NCBI GenBank assembly: GCA_001683895.1
Contig: LXQJ01000020.1
Span: forward strand, 28,521 to 92,520
Direction: 5' to 3'
Source of the DNA: Luteimonas sp. ANT-B3E
Lineage (GTDB): Bacteria > Pseudomonadota > Gammaproteobacteria > Xanthomonadales > Xanthomonadaceae
DNA: 64,000 bases
The notes under the pieces: generated by a model
The model's input: only the letters and a program-made list of their open reading frames with translations
Database searches by the model: none
Told to the model about the DNA's origin: nothing
Shown: piece by piece, positions 50,261 through 61,975 of the stretch
How positions within the stretch are numbered: the first letter of the stretch is position 1
Layout of the letters: the number at the start of each line of letters is the position of its first letter
Position numbers and translations under genes: made by a program

Positions 50261-51856
50261 TCAGGAAGGCCAGCGTTCGACCAGTCGGCCTGCCAGTGCA
50301 GCTGGTGATCCGCCGTGGCCACCCTGCTCGATCATCCGGGCCGGCGCGGTGCCGTCGTAGCAGCTCTCTGGCGACTGGGCCGCGAGCAGCGCGCCGAGCG
50401 GCGCCAGTACAGCGATGTCGTCGACCAGGGTGACGTCGCTGCCGCTGAGGAATACCCACGCGGTATCGCCAGCAGGCAGCATCGCGTGCAGGCCGCCGTT
50501 GGCGTGGTCGCTGTTGGCAAACACCAGCCGCGCGCGGTCGGCCACGAGCGTGATCCCTGGCGGCAGGAAATATACATGCGACGCCTCGGCCACGCCGTCT
50601 GCCTCGGCCAGCAGCACCGGCATGCTGGAGGCGCGCTGCATCTGCGCCACCAGGCGGTCATAGCGACCGCCGTCGAGCTGCAGGCGTACCAGCACCGCGC
50701 GCGGAAAGTCCTCGGGCAGCTCCGCCAGCAGCTGGCGCACGGCGTCGGGTCCACCCAGCCCACCCTCGATCACCACCGCACCGCGCAGCGTGCCGTGGCC
50801 ATAGCTGTCGGCGTCCGCCAACGACAGCCCCGAGGCACGCGCATCCAGCGCCGCGACGTCATGCGTCGGCGGGGCAGGTGCACGCGCAATGGGGCCGTCG
50901 TCGTCGGCGAGCGACAGGCTGTCGCCGAGGGTGGCGTCGAGCGCGGGCGCGGCCGGCGCCCTCCGGGGAGCGGCATCCGCCTCGTCGAGGGACAGCGACG
51001 ACGAAGCGAGCAGTGCGTCGACACCGCGGTCGGCATCGTCTGTGCGACCCACATCCCCTGGCCCCGCCGTAACCTCGGATGCGGCAGCTGTTGCGACATC
51101 GTCAAGCGCCATCTCTTCGAAGGACTGCGTCTCGAAAGCCAGCACCGCGTCGTCGGAGATGTCGATCTCCGCGGAGCCGGTGGCGGTGGCGGTGGCGGAC
51201 GACGACCAGTCCATGTCCTCCGCGGCCAGCAGTCCCCCGGTACCGAAGGCCTCGACCGGCGTGTCAGACAGGTCGGGGCCGATCGCGTCCGGCACGAAAC
51301 GCAGCACACCGCTGTCGCCGGCGTCGTCCCCGTCGTCATCCAGCACCAGCGGCTCGAACACGATCTCGAACGCGTCGTCGCGGGGCACGTCGACGGCAAG
51401 CTCACTGGCGGCGCTCTCCAGGATCGCGAGATCCTCGGCGCTGAGTCCCACGCCGGCCACCAGCAGCCCGCCGGGCGCGGGCTGCCACTCGGCATCCGAC
51501 TCGGCGCCGGGCGGCAGCACGTCCTGATGGCGGTGCAGCTTGGCGGCCAAATGGCGCGACCAGCGGGCCGCATCCCAGCCCTCGCGCTGCGCGGCCAGTT
51601 CGGCCTCGTCGAAGATCACGATGAGTCCCGGGTCGACGAGCAGCGCCTCGAACCGATCCAGCGCATCCTCGACCGCCGGCTCCAGCGCGACCAGCAGCGC
51701 TTGCGGCGATGCGGCGCGGATCGTATCCACGTCGACGGCGGTGGGGTCTGCCACCAGCGCCACCTCGGCACCGGCTTCGCGCAGCGCCGCCTGCAGCCGG
51801 TTGCAGGCCTCGCCCGGGCGTGCCAGCAGGACGACGCGTGCGCAGGGGTCACTCAT
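50261..51856 (-). CDS. chpB: ChpB: degenerate receiver-like domain, acidic linker and CheB-like domain
   Basis: [15 protein letters not shown]; C-terminal [18 protein letters not shown]; position between chpA and chpC. Confidence 0.8.
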   Translation of the reverse strand: MSDPCARVVLLARPGEACNRLQAALREAGAEVALVADPTAVDVDTIRAASPQALLVALEPAVEDALDRFEALLVDPGLIVIFDEAELAAQREGWDAARWSRHLAAKLHRHQDVLPPGAESDAEWQPAPGGLLVAGVGLSAEDLAILESAASELAVDVPRDDAFEIVFEPLVLDDDGDDAGDSGVLRFVPDAIGPDLSDTPVEAFGTGGLLAAEDMDWSSSATATATGSAEIDISDDAVLAFETQSFEEMALDDVATAAASEVTAGPGDVGRTDDADRGVDALLASSSLSLDEADAAPRRAPAAPALDATLGDSLSLADDDGPIARAPAPPTHDVAALDARASGLSLADADSYGHGTLRGAVVIEGGLGGPDAVRQLLAELPEDFPRAVLVRLQLDGGRYDRLVAQMQRASSMPVLLAEADGVAEASHVYFLPPGITLVADRARLVFANSDHANGGLHAMLPAGDTAWVFLSGSDVTLVDDIAVLAPLGALLAAQSPESCYDGTAPARMIEQGGHGGSPAALAGRLVERWPS

Positions 51857-54800
51857 CTTCGGGCTGCATCTTCAGCAGATCGTAGACGTTGCGCATCAGC
51901 TCGTTCTCCTGGTACGGCTTTCCAAGGTAACGCTCGACGCCGATCTCGAATGCGCGCTGGCGGTGCTTCTCGCCGGTCCGTGAGGTGATCATCACGATCG
52001 GCACATCGCGAAGGCGCGGATCCGCCTTCATCTTCTCCGCCAGCTCGTAGCCGTCCATGCGCGGCATCTCGATGTCGAGCAACATCAGGTCGGGCACGCG
52101 GTCGACCATGCGCTCCAGCGCGTCGATGCCGTCCTTCGCCGTCCCGACCTCCAAGTTGTGGCGCTCGAGCACGCGCCCGGTCACCTTGCGCATGGTCACG
52201 GAATCGTCGACCACCATCACCAGTGGGACGCGGCGCGCCACCGCGACCGGCTCCGGAGCGCCGCCACGCGGCAGCACCGCCTGGCGACGGACCAGCGGCG
52301 CGACGTCGAGGATCACGACGACTCTACCGTCGCCCATGATCGTGGCACCGAAGATGCCAGGCACCGACGCGACCTGGGGACCCACCGGCTTCACCACGAT
52401 CTCGCGGTTGCCGACGATCTGGTCGACCACGACGGCCGCGCGCAGGTCGCCAGAGCGGATCAGCAGCACCGGCATCTGCAGGAGGCCTTCGGCCCGCGCA
52501 TCGCCCTGCCCGACCAATCCGCCGAGGTCATGGATGGCGTAGTCCTCGCCGCCGTACGCATAGCTCGCGCCGGGCTGCGCCAGCTCGCCACGCGACACCC
52601 GGCCGACGCCGCGCACCGAGGCGATGGGCACCGCGAAGCTGGTGTCGCCGATCCTGACGAACACCGCCTGGGTGACCGCCAGCGTCTGCGGCAGGCGCAG
52701 CGTGAACCGCGTGCCTTCGCCACGCCGTGACGCGATGTCGATCGTTCCGCCGAGCTGGCGCACCTCGCTGGCAACTACGTCCATGCCGACGCCACGGCCT
52801 GCCAGGCGGCTGACGGCGTCTGCCGTGGTGAACCCCGGCTCGAAGATCAACATGTCGAGGTCGCCGTCGGCAAGGTTCGCCTCCGGTCGCACCAGGCCGC
52901 GCTCCTCGCCGCGGCGACGGATTGCCGCGCGGTCGAGGCCAGCGCCGTCATCACCGACTTCCAGCACGACTTCCGAGCCCTCGCGGCGGATCGCGATCCG
53001 GACCACGCCTTCCTCCGGCTTGCCCGCCGCATTGCGCGCGTCGGGACCCTCGAGGCCATGCGCGACGGCGTTGCGGAGCATGTGTTCCAGCGGCGCCGTC
53101 ATGCGCTCGAGGACGTTGCGGTCTAGCTCGCCCTGGGCGCCGTCGAGCTTCAGCTGCACCTGCTTGCCGGTGTCGCCCGCGGCCTGCCGGACCACCCGGC
53201 GCAGGCGCGGCACCAGCGCATCGAAGGGCACCATGCGCGTGCGCATCAGACCTTCCTGCAGCTCGGAACTGACGCGCGACTGCTGCAGCAGCAGCGTCTC
53301 GTACTGGCGCGTCAGGTCGTCCAGCGTGCCCTGCAGGCTGGACATGTCGGCCGCCGACTCGCCCAGCGCACGCGAGAGCTGCTGCAGCGTCGAGAAGCGG
53401 TCGAGCTCCAGCGGGTCGAACTTGCCGTCGTTGCTGTCACCCTCGCGCTGGTAGCGGGCGATGATCTGCGCCTCGGTTTCGATGTCCAGCCGCCGCAGCT
53501 GGTCGCGCAGACGCATGTTGGTCTGCTCCATTTCGCCCATCGCGCTGCGGAACGCGCCCAGCTGCTGCTCCAGCCGGGCGCGGTAGATCGCGACCTCACC
53601 GGCGTAGTTGACCAGCCGGTCGAGCAGGTCGGCGCGGATGCGCACCTGCTCCTGCGGCGCACGCACGCCGATGTCGTCTTCGTCGCCGGGCACGCCTTCT
53701 TCGATCGGCGCCGACAGCGGTTTCAGGGACACCTTCGGCGCCGGCATGCGCGGCGCCGGCGACACGGGCGCCTCCGCGGCGCGGCGCGGCTCGCCGCGGG
53801 CGCGGGTATCGAACTCGTCGATCAGCGCCTGCGACTGGCCGATGGCACGTCGGTCGCCAATGCGCGTGACCATCGCGTGGAGCCGGTCGAACCCGCGTTC
53901 CAGCAGCGGAATGCCGTCCGCACCGAGCTCGCAGCGCTGTTCAACCACCGCCTCGAGCAGCGATTCCATCGCATGGCCGAGCTCGCCCATGGCCATGATG
54001 CCGGCCATGCGCGCGCCGCCCTTGATGGTGTGCAGGTCGCGCTGCAGGCCGACCAGCGGCTCGCGCTCGGCGGGTGCGTCACGCAGCTGCGACAGCAGGC
54101 CATCGGAGTGGTCGAGCAGGTCGCCGGCCTCCTCGACGAAGATGTCGACGAGTTCCGGGTCCAGTCCGGACAGGTCGAGCGCCTCATCGGGATCGTCCGC
54201 CGAACGCACTGCGTGCTCGAGGATCGCGGCAACCGCGACATCGTCCTGGAGCGAGCGCGCGTCTGTGTCTGCGCTCGCTCCAGCTTCGGCTACGGCCTTG
54301 GCACTGGTTTCGGACTCGGTCCCGCTGCCGACGTCGGACTCGGCTGCGGCCTCGAATTCGGCTTCGGCCTTGGCTTCCGCTTCCGGTTCGGTTTCGGTTT
54401 CGGTTTCGGTTTCGGTTTCGGACTCGGATTCGGTGCCGGTTTCGGCCTTGGCGTCCTCCGCGTCATGTGAATCGCGGGCCGATCCGGGGTCGACACCCAC
54501 TTCTACCGCCGATGCCGCATCCGCATCCGGATCGGCGCTCACGTCCGGCGACATGTCGTGCGTGGCGTCAGGCGCGCCACTGATGGCGTTGGCATCCTCC
54601 GCTGAGGCACCGCCGTCGGCCGCCACATCTGTGGCCGTCCCGCTTCCTTCGACGCCATCTTGGGCCGATCGCGCCAGGCGGTCCTGTTCGGCGTATTCCG
54701 CCTCGAGGCGCGCGTACTCGGCCTCTTCGTCGGCAGCCAGTCGCGCCGCCTCTGCATCGCGACGCGCTGCTTCGGCACGCTCGGCCTCGGCGCGCTCCGC

Positions 54801-57800
54801 GTCCACCCGCTCCACTTCCGCACGCTCGGCATCGAGGCGCTCGGCCTCAGCGCGCTCGGCTTCCTGGCGCTCCGCCTCGAGCCGCGCCGCTTCGACGCGC
54901 TCGGCTTCCACGCGCCCGGCAGCCCGACGCTCCGCCTCGAGTTCCGACGCCAGACGCTCGGCCTCGGCGCGTTCGGCATCGAGGCGCTCCGCGTCGAGAC
55001 GAGCGGTCTCCGCGCGTTCGGCATCATGACGCTCCGCCTCGAGCCGCGCAGTCTCCAGGCGCTCGGCCTCGATGCGCTCGCGCTCCAGGACATCGTGGTC
55101 GCGCGCGCGCGCGCGCGCCGCGGCGTCGGCCGCCTCCGCGCCTGCGCTGTCGCTTGTCTCCGCTGCGTCCGCGTCCTCCACGTCCGTGGGCGCGCCCGCG
55201 CCGGCCGCGAGGTCCGCGTAATCGGAAAGATCCGTGTCCGTCAGGTCGCCGCCTGCGAGCTCGAACGCCAGCGCCTGCTCGTCGGAGGAAGGCGCGTCAG
55301 CGTCGGACGCGCCGTCGCCGCGGCCGTCATCCGCGGGGTCCGCAGGCGCGCTCGCGACGGCCTCGGGCAGCGCGTCACGCAGCGCCTCCAGTTCCGATGC
55401 CAGCGCGTCGCAAGTCGGGACCCGCGGGGCGTCGGCATGCAGCCCGGCCATCGTGGCGCGGATCAGGCCGGCCAAACCGGCCATCGCCAGTACCTGGTCC
55501 GGCGTCGCCACGCCGGCTGTCGCAAGCAGGCGCCTGACCAGAGTTTCCGCAGGCGAAAGCGCCGCCGGGATTGCCGGCACCTCGGTCATCGCGAAGGCGC
55601 CATTCATGGTGTGGATCGCGCGCAGCAGCGCCTCGTCCGCGACCGCCGGCGCCTTCGCCGCCGACGCCAGCCACCCGTCGACGGTCGCCAGGTGACCGGC
55701 AACCTCCACGTCGAGGATCTCCAGCAGCAGTGCGTCGACCGACGCCGGCACGGTCGGGATGCCGGCACCGGGGGCGTCGTCGGCGTCCACGATGCCCGCG
55801 TCCGCGTCCGACCTCGGCGCCCGTACGGAAGGCGCATCGTCGAGCGCCGCACCGGTCGCGTTCTCGATGCCATCGCTGCCATCGGCGATCACCGGGTCCG
55901 CGCGACCGGTCGCCGTCGTCGCGTCCGCCTGCAGCGTTGCCGTCTCCGGCATCGCCTCGTCGCCCTCGGCGATGCGCTCGGCCGAGGCCTGCATCCGCGC
56001 AAGGTCCGCTGTGACGGCGCCGTCGCCGCGCAGCGCCGCCTGAAGCTGCGGCAGCGTGTAGAACGCCTGGTCGACCATCGCAACCACCGCCGGCGAGGCC
56101 GCGCGGCTGCCGTCAAGGACCCGATTCAACAGGTGCTCGATCTTCCAGCTGAACTCGCCCAGCGTGCGCGCACCGACCAGCCGGCCGCTGCCCTTGAGGG
56201 TGTGGAACACGCGGCGGATCGGACGCAGGCGCTCGAAGTCGTCCGGCGCGGCCCGCCAGACCGGCAACAGGTGGTCGAGGTTGTCGATTTCCTCGGCGAA
56301 CTCCTCAAGGAAGACCTCCCGGATCTCGTCGTCGATCTCGTCCCCGGTGGCTTCGAAGCCACCTGCGGTCACCACGCCCGGTGCCGAAGTCGGCAATCCT
56401 GCACGGGCCGACGCGACCGCGGCGGGTTCCTCGATGGCGGGCGCGTCCGTGGTGTCGACCCCGGCAGCGGCGGCAGTGGCACGCGCGGCGGAGCCTTCCC
56501 GATCCATCAGCGCGGTCAGCGTGCGGTCGATGTCGCCCAGCGACCGCGCCTCGGCGGCATCGGCCTCGAAGTCGCGGCGCGCGCCGGCGTCTTCCAACGG
56601 CAGCGGCCAGTAGCCCAGCGACTCCAGGCTGTTGCGCGCGACGTCCAGAATGTCGTCGCGGTTGAAGCGGTTCTCGCGCAGCGCCTCGAGATAGTACTCG
56701 AGGCTTGCCAGCGCGTCGGCGAAAGTGTCGAGCTGGCGCCCGTTGGGCACGCGCTTGCGGCCGAGCAGCTCCACCTCGGTGTAGCGGCGCACGCCGCTCA
56801 GGTATGCCGCCGGCTGCGGCAGTTCCAGCATGTGCAGCGCGCCGCCCACCTCCTCCAGCAGGCGCGGCACCTCGACGAGTTCGCCGTGGTCCCAGTTGGT
56901 CTCCACGAACGCGACGAACGCCTGGCGGGCGTCGGCGAAGTTGGCGATCGCCTCCCGTACAACGACCTCCAGCACCTTGCGGGCCTCGGTCGAGAACAGG
57001 TCGTCCTGGTCGCCCGGCGCCTCATCGCCGGTGCCCAGGCGGGCGACCTGGTCGTCGAGCGAGGCGTCCACGTAGAGCAGCGCGCCGGCCACGTCGAGCA
57101 GCGCGCCCTCGTCGGCGGCGCGGTCGCCGCGGACGATCGCGTCCATCGCGACGCGCTGTTCCTGCACCACGTTGCGCGCAACGCCCAGCCCCAACATGCC
57201 CAAAGTGTCCGCCACGCGACCGAGCGCCTCGGCCTGCGGCTGCAGCTCGGCGAGGTCGGTACGCCCGGTGCGAAGGTGCAGGTCCAACGCGTCCTTGACC
57301 CGCAGCAGGTCCTCCTTGACCGCCGCCGCCACCGTGTCCAGCAGCGCGCGGTTGCGCCCGCTCAGGCTGCCTTGGGCATGGCTGATCTCCGACGCGGTCG
57401 GCTGCAGTGCGTCGAGGTCGAACGTCGCGCGCAGCTCGCGAAGCAGCGGATGGTCGCCGCCGCCGTGTGCGACGTGGTACAGCAGCTGGCGTGTCGGCTC
57501 GAGCGCTGCGTCCTCGCGCGGGATGCCAAAGCCGTCGTCCTCGAACATCCGGCGCGCCTCGCGCTCGACCCCGGCGAACGCCTGCTGCAGACCCTTGCGC
57601 GCGTCCAGTCCGCCGTCGCGCAGCACCTTGGCGATCGACGTCGCCACCCACAGCAGCCGGCGCGCAGCCTCGTGCGGCGCATGCGGCAGCAGCGCATCGA
57701 GGCTGGCGACGAGAGCGTCGCGATCCGCCGGCGATCCAGCCTCGGGCCAGCCCGCCATTGCCAGGCGCAGCCGCGCCAGCAGCGGCGCCGCGGTGGCGTT

Positions 57801-58301
57801 GCGCATCGGCACCGTTGGCGCCGGACCCGGCGCCTGCGGCAGGTCCGCGGGCAGCGGCCGCGCCAGGTCGGGCACGAAAAGCACGCTCTCGCTCAGCCCG
57901 GTCTCGCCGCGCGCGGCGCGCAGCTCGTTGAGCAGCGGCAGCAGCACGATCGGGATGTCCTTGTGCCCGCTCTGCAGCCGCTCAAGGTAGTCGGGCAGGA
58001 GCACCACGCTGCGCATCAGCGTCGCGCACGCCGCGTCGCGCTCGTCGACCTTCTGCTGCTGCAGCGCGTGTGCCAGCCGCTCCATCTCCTCGGCCACCAT
58101 CGCCGGCGCGTAGAGCTCCACCATGCGCAGCGTGCCCTGCACCTGGTGCAGGTAGCTGGCGCAGAAGCGCATCCGGCTCGTGTCCGCCGGATCCTCGGCG
58201 AAGCCCTCGATCTCCAGCCGCGCCAAACGCAGCGTCTCGTCGAGCTCCGGCTTCACCCATCCCAGGGTGGTGTAGTCGATCGCATCGCGCAGCGCGGTCA
58301 T
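51849..58301 (-). CDS. chpA: CheA-like hybrid kinase ChpA/PilL (multiple Hpt, HATPase, CheW, REC)
   Basis: [57 protein letters not shown]. Confidence 0.95.
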   Translation of the reverse strand: MTALRDAIDYTTLGWVKPELDETLRLARLEIEGFAEDPADTSRMRFCASYLHQVQGTLRMVELYAPAMVAEEMERLAHALQQQKVDERDAACATLMRSVVLLPDYLERLQSGHKDIPIVLLPLLNELRAARGETGLSESVLFVPDLARPLPADLPQAPGPAPTVPMRNATAAPLLARLRLAMAGWPEAGSPADRDALVASLDALLPHAPHEAARRLLWVATSIAKVLRDGGLDARKGLQQAFAGVEREARRMFEDDGFGIPREDAALEPTRQLLYHVAHGGGDHPLLRELRATFDLDALQPTASEISHAQGSLSGRNRALLDTVAAAVKEDLLRVKDALDLHLRTGRTDLAELQPQAEALGRVADTLGMLGLGVARNVVQEQRVAMDAIVRGDRAADEGALLDVAGALLYVDASLDDQVARLGTGDEAPGDQDDLFSTEARKVLEVVVREAIANFADARQAFVAFVETNWDHGELVEVPRLLEEVGGALHMLELPQPAAYLSGVRRYTEVELLGRKRVPNGRQLDTFADALASLEYYLEALRENRFNRDDILDVARNSLESLGYWPLPLEDAGARRDFEADAAEARSLGDIDRTLTALMDREGSAARATAAAAGVDTTDAPAIEEPAAVASARAGLPTSAPGVVTAGGFEATGDEIDDEIREVFLEEFAEEIDNLDHLLPVWRAAPDDFERLRPIRRVFHTLKGSGRLVGARTLGEFSWKIEHLLNRVLDGSRAASPAVVAMVDQAFYTLPQLQAALRGDGAVTADLARMQASAERIAEGDEAMPETATLQADATTATGRADPVIADGSDGIENATGAALDDAPSVRAPRSDADAGIVDADDAPGAGIPTVPASVDALLLEILDVEVAGHLATVDGWLASAAKAPAVADEALLRAIHTMNGAFAMTEVPAIPAALSPAETLVRRLLATAGVATPDQVLAMAGLAGLIRATMAGLHADAPRVPTCDALASELEALRDALPEAVASAPADPADDGRGDGASDADAPSSDEQALAFELAGGDLTDTDLSDYADLAAGAGAPTDVEDADAAETSDSAGAEAADAAARARARDHDVLERERIEAERLETARLEAERHDAERAETARLDAERLDAERAEAERLASELEAERRAAGRVEAERVEAARLEAERQEAERAEAERLDAERAEVERVDAERAEAERAEAARRDAEAARLAADEEAEYARLEAEYAEQDRLARSAQDGVEGSGTATDVAADGGASAEDANAISGAPDATHDMSPDVSADPDADAASAVEVGVDPGSARDSHDAEDAKAETGTESESETETETETETEPEAEAKAEAEFEAAAESDVGSGTESETSAKAVAEAGASADTDARSLQDDVAVAAILEHAVRSADDPDEALDLSGLDPELVDIFVEEAGDLLDHSDGLLSQLRDAPAEREPLVGLQRDLHTIKGGARMAGIMAMGELGHAMESLLEAVVEQRCELGADGIPLLERGFDRLHAMVTRIGDRRAIGQSQALIDEFDTRARGEPRRAAEAPVSPAPRMPAPKVSLKPLSAPIEEGVPGDEDDIGVRAPQEQVRIRADLLDRLVNYAGEVAIYRARLEQQLGAFRSAMGEMEQTNMRLRDQLRRLDIETEAQIIARYQREGDSNDGKFDPLELDRFSTLQQLSRALGESAADMSSLQGTLDDLTRQYETLLLQQSRVSSELQEGLMRTRMVPFDALVPRLRRVVRQAAGDTGKQVQLKLDGAQGELDRNVLERMTAPLEHMLRNAVAHGLEGPDARNAAGKPEEGVVRIAIRREGSEVVLEVGDDGAGLDRAAIRRRGEERGLVRPEANLADGDLDMLIFEPGFTTADAVSRLAGRGVGMDVVASEVRQLGGTIDIASRRGEGTRFTLRLPQTLAVTQAVFVRIGDTSFAVPIASVRGVGRVSRGELAQPGASYAYGGEDYAIHDLGGLVGQGDARAEGLLQMPVLLIRSGDLRAAVVVDQIVGNREIVVKPVGPQVASVPGIFGATIMGDGRVVVILDVAPLVRRQAVLPRGGAPEPVAVARRVPLVMVVDDSVTMRKVTGRVLERHNLEVGTAKDGIDALERMVDRVPDLMLLDIEMPRMDGYELAEKMKADPRLRDVPIVMITSRTGEKHRQRAFEIGVERYLGKPYQENELMRNVYDLLKMQPEDE
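54385..54420. repeat. Hexanucleotide microsatellite (GTTTCG)5 within chpA, encoding poly-ET
   Basis: ggttcg followed by gtttcg x5. Confidence 0.9.
54690..55085 (-). repeat. Degenerate 15-bp / pentapeptide (E/D)AERx repeat in chpA
   Basis: [41 protein letters not shown]...[35 protein letters not shown]. Confidence 0.85.
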
Positions 58302-58383
58302 CGGCGCGCTCCGCAGCGGCGGTCGATGGCGCGCAGCGCGCGGCCGGGGGCGTTCGGGCTCATCCGTCGGTCCGTGTCCGTGC

Positions 58384-60399
58384 TCAGGCCGGCAGCTTGA
58401 AGTCGGCCACCGACCGACGCAGATCCGCCGCCAGTTGCGCCAGGTTGCCGATCGACTCGGCGGTCTGGTTGGCGCCCTGCGAGGTCTGCGCGGTGATCGA
58501 CTGGATCGTGTTCATCGTCGCGGTGATGTTGGTCGCCGCGGCCGACTGCTGCTGCGAGGCGCTGGAGATGCCCTCGATGAGTCCGGCGAGGTTGCTCGAC
58601 ACGCTCTCGATCTCGCCCAGCGCGGTGCCCGCGTCCTCGGCCAGGCGCGCACCGGCGACGACCTCGGAGGTGGTCTGTTCCATCGAGCTGACCGCCTCGT
58701 TGGTATCGCTCTGGATGGTCTGCACCAGCGTCTCGATGCGCTTCGTCGCGTTGGACGCGCGCTCTGCGAGCCGCTGGACCTCGTCGGCCACCACCGCAAA
58801 CCCTCGGCCCGCCTCGCCGGCCGACGCCGCCTGGATGGCCGCGTTGAGCGCCAGGATGTTGGTCTGCTCGGAGATGTCATTGATCAGTTCGACGATCGAA
58901 CCGATCTCCTGCGAGCTTTCACCAAGCCGCTTGATGCGCTTGGAGGTCTCCTGGATCTGGTCGCGGATCGAGTCCATGCCGGCGATCGTCTCGCGTACCA
59001 CGCCCGCGCCCTTGGTCGCGATCTGCACCGAGCGTTGCGCCACGTCGGCGGACTCGGCGGAGTTCTTCGACACCTGGTTGATGCTGGCGGCGATCTCGTT
59101 GATGCGGTCCGACGCCGACGAGATCTCCTGCGCCTGGTGCTCCGCGGCCTCGGCCAGGTGCATGGCGGTGGCCTGCGTCTCCTGCGCGCTCGACGCCACC
59201 TGCACCGAGGTGTCGGTGATGGTCTGCACCAAGCTGCGCAGCTGCTCGACGGCGAAGTTGATCGAGTCGGCGATCGCGCCGGTCATGTCCTCGGTCACCG
59301 TGGCCTTGACCGTGAGATCGCCTTCCGCGAGGGAGCCCATCTCGTCCAGCAGGCGCATGATCGCCTCCTGGTTGCGGTTGTTGAGCTCCATCGTGGTTTC
59401 GTAGCGGCCGCGCTGGGCGCGACTGAGCGAGTACAGCAGTCCGACGATCGCCGCCAGCGCCACGAGCCCGGAGATGATCGAGATCCAGATGTTGCCCGCG
59501 AGGCTGGTGTCGCGCAGCGAGCCGAACGCGGTGAAGGACTGGAACAGCGACTCGCTGTCGGAGAGCAGCCCCTCGGATCCGGTGGTCAATGCAGCAGCCG
59601 CGGACTGCGCGCGGAACAGGTTCTGCGAGCTCGCGAGGATGGCGTCGAGGTCCTGCTTCATCTCTGCCCACTGCGCGTCTGCCTGCGACAGCGCGGCGAG
59701 CGCGGCGGCGTTGCCCAGCGGCTGCACGTTCATCGCGGCGTCGCCGCTGCGCAGGCCGGCCAGCACCTGCTCGAACACGCCGGCATCGCGCGCCAGCGCG
59801 TCGCCCGCGACCGATGCCGCCTCGCCGCCCGCGCGGATCTCGGTGACCCGACGCGCCATCGTCGAGGCCAGCACCACCTGGCGCAGCGCGATGTAGATCT
59901 GCGAGGACGGCGAGCCGCTCGCCGACATCGCACGCACCACCTCGTCAAGCTGCGCCTGCAGCTGCGGCACCCTCTGCGTGAAGCGGTCGGCGTTGCCGGC
60001 GAAGGCCAGCACCGCGGCCTCGCTCGCGATCACCTGCTCGGCGTTGGCCGCCAGCGGCGTCCAGGTTCCGCTGACGGTCCGGATCGGCCCGGCGACGCCG
60101 GTGGTGTCGCCGTAGTTGGCGTTGAGCTGGGCGATGTCGCTGTCGACCTCCGCCTTGGTCTCCTTGAATGCCGCGTACGAGTCGGCGTTGCCCTCGACCG
60201 CCTCGCGGCCTTGGTTGGCGAGCCGCTGCGAGTTCACCTGCAGGTTGGACGCCGCTGAACTCGCGCCACCGAGGCGCGCGGCCTTCCAAGTCGCGTAGCC
60301 GGTGTTGAGCACCAGGATCAGGCCCGCCACGCCCAGCAGGACCAGCCAGAAGTTCGTCGTGCGGCCTTTGCCGGCGACGGAGTCCATCACAGTGCTCAT
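58384..60399 (-). CDS. pilJ: Methyl-accepting chemotaxis protein PilJ
   Basis: Two TM segments, [55 protein letters not shown]. Confidence 0.95.
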   Translation of the reverse strand: MSTVMDSVAGKGRTTNFWLVLLGVAGLILVLNTGYATWKAARLGGASSAASNLQVNSQRLANQGREAVEGNADSYAAFKETKAEVDSDIAQLNANYGDTTGVAGPIRTVSGTWTPLAANAEQVIASEAAVLAFAGNADRFTQRVPQLQAQLDEVVRAMSASGSPSSQIYIALRQVVLASTMARRVTEIRAGGEAASVAGDALARDAGVFEQVLAGLRSGDAAMNVQPLGNAAALAALSQADAQWAEMKQDLDAILASSQNLFRAQSAAAALTTGSEGLLSDSESLFQSFTAFGSLRDTSLAGNIWISIISGLVALAAIVGLLYSLSRAQRGRYETTMELNNRNQEAIMRLLDEMGSLAEGDLTVKATVTEDMTGAIADSINFAVEQLRSLVQTITDTSVQVASSAQETQATAMHLAEAAEHQAQEISSASDRINEIAASINQVSKNSAESADVAQRSVQIATKGAGVVRETIAGMDSIRDQIQETSKRIKRLGESSQEIGSIVELINDISEQTNILALNAAIQAASAGEAGRGFAVVADEVQRLAERASNATKRIETLVQTIQSDTNEAVSSMEQTTSEVVAGARLAEDAGTALGEIESVSSNLAGLIEGISSASQQQSAAATNITATMNTIQSITAQTSQGANQTAESIGNLAQLAADLRRSVADFKLPA

Positions 60400-60430
60400 C
60401 GTGTTACCTCGACCTTGCGTGTTGCCGCGA

Positions 60431-61000
60431 TCACGCGGCGGCTTGTCTGAATTCGGGTGTGCGGGCCAGCCGGTCCAGGCTGAAGATCCCCCACGCGTGC
60501 TCGCCGAGCCGGTAGGCACGGTCGATGAAGTGGGCATAGCGCCCGTCGGCCAGCTGCCCCTCGCCGGCAAAGTCGCCGTCGAGCTGCTCGGCATCGTTGA
60601 AGCTGCGCTGGCCGAAGAGTTCGTCGATGGTGATCGCGACGTCGCCACCCGGCTGGCGCACGATCAGGACGCGCTGAGCCTCGTGCAGCACCGTGCGCTC
60701 GCCCTCCAGGAACTGCTTGAGGTCGACGATCGGCAGCAGGTTGCCGCGCACGTTGGCCACGCCGAGCATCCAGGGCTGCGCGCCGGGCACCGGCGTCACC
60801 TGTGGCATGGGCAGGATCTCGACCACTTCGTCGAATCCCGACGCCAGCCGGCGCCGGCCGACCCGGTAGCCGACGCCGCGCCACAGACCCGGCGCGTCGA
60901 GCTGCTCGGGCAGCCCGACGACATGCGCGAGGCTGCGCCGCTCGTAGTCGAGCAGCACCTCGAACGGATCAACCGGGGGCGCGGCGTGCTTCTTCGCCAC
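60431..61000 (-). CDS. pilI: CheW-like protein PilI
   Basis: [33 protein letters not shown]. Confidence 0.9.
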   Translation of the reverse strand: MAKKHAAPPVDPFEVLLDYERRSLAHVVGLPEQLDAPGLWRGVGYRVGRRRLASGFDEVVEILPMPQVTPVPGAQPWMLGVANVRGNLLPIVDLKQFLEGERTVLHEAQRVLIVRQPGGDVAITIDELFGQRSFNDAEQLDGDFAGEGQLADGRYAHFIDRAYRLGEHAWGIFSLDRLARTPEFRQAAA

Positions 61001-61001
61001 G

Positions 61002-61367
61002 TCAGGCGCCGATCAGCTCGTTGATGCGCGACACGAGTTCGCTCTCGACCGGCGGCTTGACGATGTAGTCGCGCGCGCCCTGGCGCAGGCCCCAGGCACG
61101 GTCTGTGTCCATGCCCTTGGTGCTGACGATCAGCACCGGGATGGCGCTGGTGGCGGCGTCGCGCGACAGCGCGCGCGTAGCCTGGAACCCGTTCATGCCC
61201 GGCAGCACGACGTCCATCAGCACCAGGTCCGGCAGCTCGCGCCTGCAGACCTCGATGCCGTCCTCGGCGCTGTTGGAGGCCATGACCTGGTGGCCATGGC
61301 GCTCGAGCAGCTGGGTCAGGACCGCCGTATCGGTGGGCGAGTCCTCGATCAACAGGATGCGTGCCAT
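61002..61367 (-). CDS. pilH: Single-domain response regulator PilH
   Basis: MARILLIEDSPT, LMDVVLPGMNGFQATR, DRAWGLRQGA. Confidence 0.92.
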   Translation of the reverse strand: MARILLIEDSPTDTAVLTQLLERHGHQVMASNSAEDGIEVCRRELPDLVLMDVVLPGMNGFQATRALSRDAATSAIPVLIVSTKGMDTDRAWGLRQGARDYIVKPPVESELVSRINELIGA

Positions 61368-61387
61368 TGGTGTGCCCTACCCCCCGG

Positions 61388-61792
61388 TCAGGCGTGATTG
61401 ACGTGCGTGCGGATCGCGTCGAGGAGTTCCTCGCGCGTGAAAGGCTTGGTGACGTACTGCTCGGAGCCGACGATGCGGCCGCGGGCCTTGTCGAACAGTC
61501 CGTCCTTGGACGACAGCATGATCACCGGCGTCTGCTTGAACATCTGGTTGTTCTTGATCAGCGCACAGGTCTGGTAGCCGTCCAGGCGCGGCATCATGAT
61601 GTCCACGAAGATGATCTGCGGCCGCTGGTCGGCGATCTTGGCCAGCGCTTCAAAGCCATCGGTCGCGGTGACCACCTCGGCCCCCTCGCGCTTCAGCAGG
61701 GTCTCCGCGGTGCGCCGGATGGTCTTCGAATCGTCGATCACCATCACGCGCAGCCCGTCGAGGCTGCCAGCGCGGCTGTCGTCTTGCGTCAT
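61388..61792 (-). CDS. pilG: Single-domain response regulator PilG
   Basis: VMVIDDSKTIRRTAETLL, DIMMPRLDGYQTCALIK, SSKDGLFDKARGR. Confidence 0.95.
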   Translation of the reverse strand: MTQDDSRAGSLDGLRVMVIDDSKTIRRTAETLLKREGAEVVTATDGFEALAKIADQRPQIIFVDIMMPRLDGYQTCALIKNNQMFKQTPVIMLSSKDGLFDKARGRIVGSEQYVTKPFTREELLDAIRTHVNHA

Positions 61793-61846
61793 CGTTACTC
61801 CCCGGTGCGCGACGCGTGGTGGCCACTTGGCGTCGCTGCAAGCCGT

Positions 61847-61877
61847 CTTATATCCCAGTCCGCCGCGACACTGTCAA
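61847..61877 (-). promoter_or_regulatory. Possible sigma70 promoter of the pilG operon
   Basis: Perfect TTGACA followed 17-19 nt later by GATATAAG. Confidence 0.4.
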
Positions 61878-61975
61878 GCTTTCGTGAAGCATCGCGTGCA
61901 ATGCGTCGCCCCAACGCCGGCTTGGCCTTGGATGCACCTGCTAACATTTGTCATTAACTGCCGCGGATGGCGCAC

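Noticed and set aside
54660-58400. 1246-aa plus-strand ORF
   Set aside because: Antisense shadow of chpA; its repeats merely mirror the chpA repeats.
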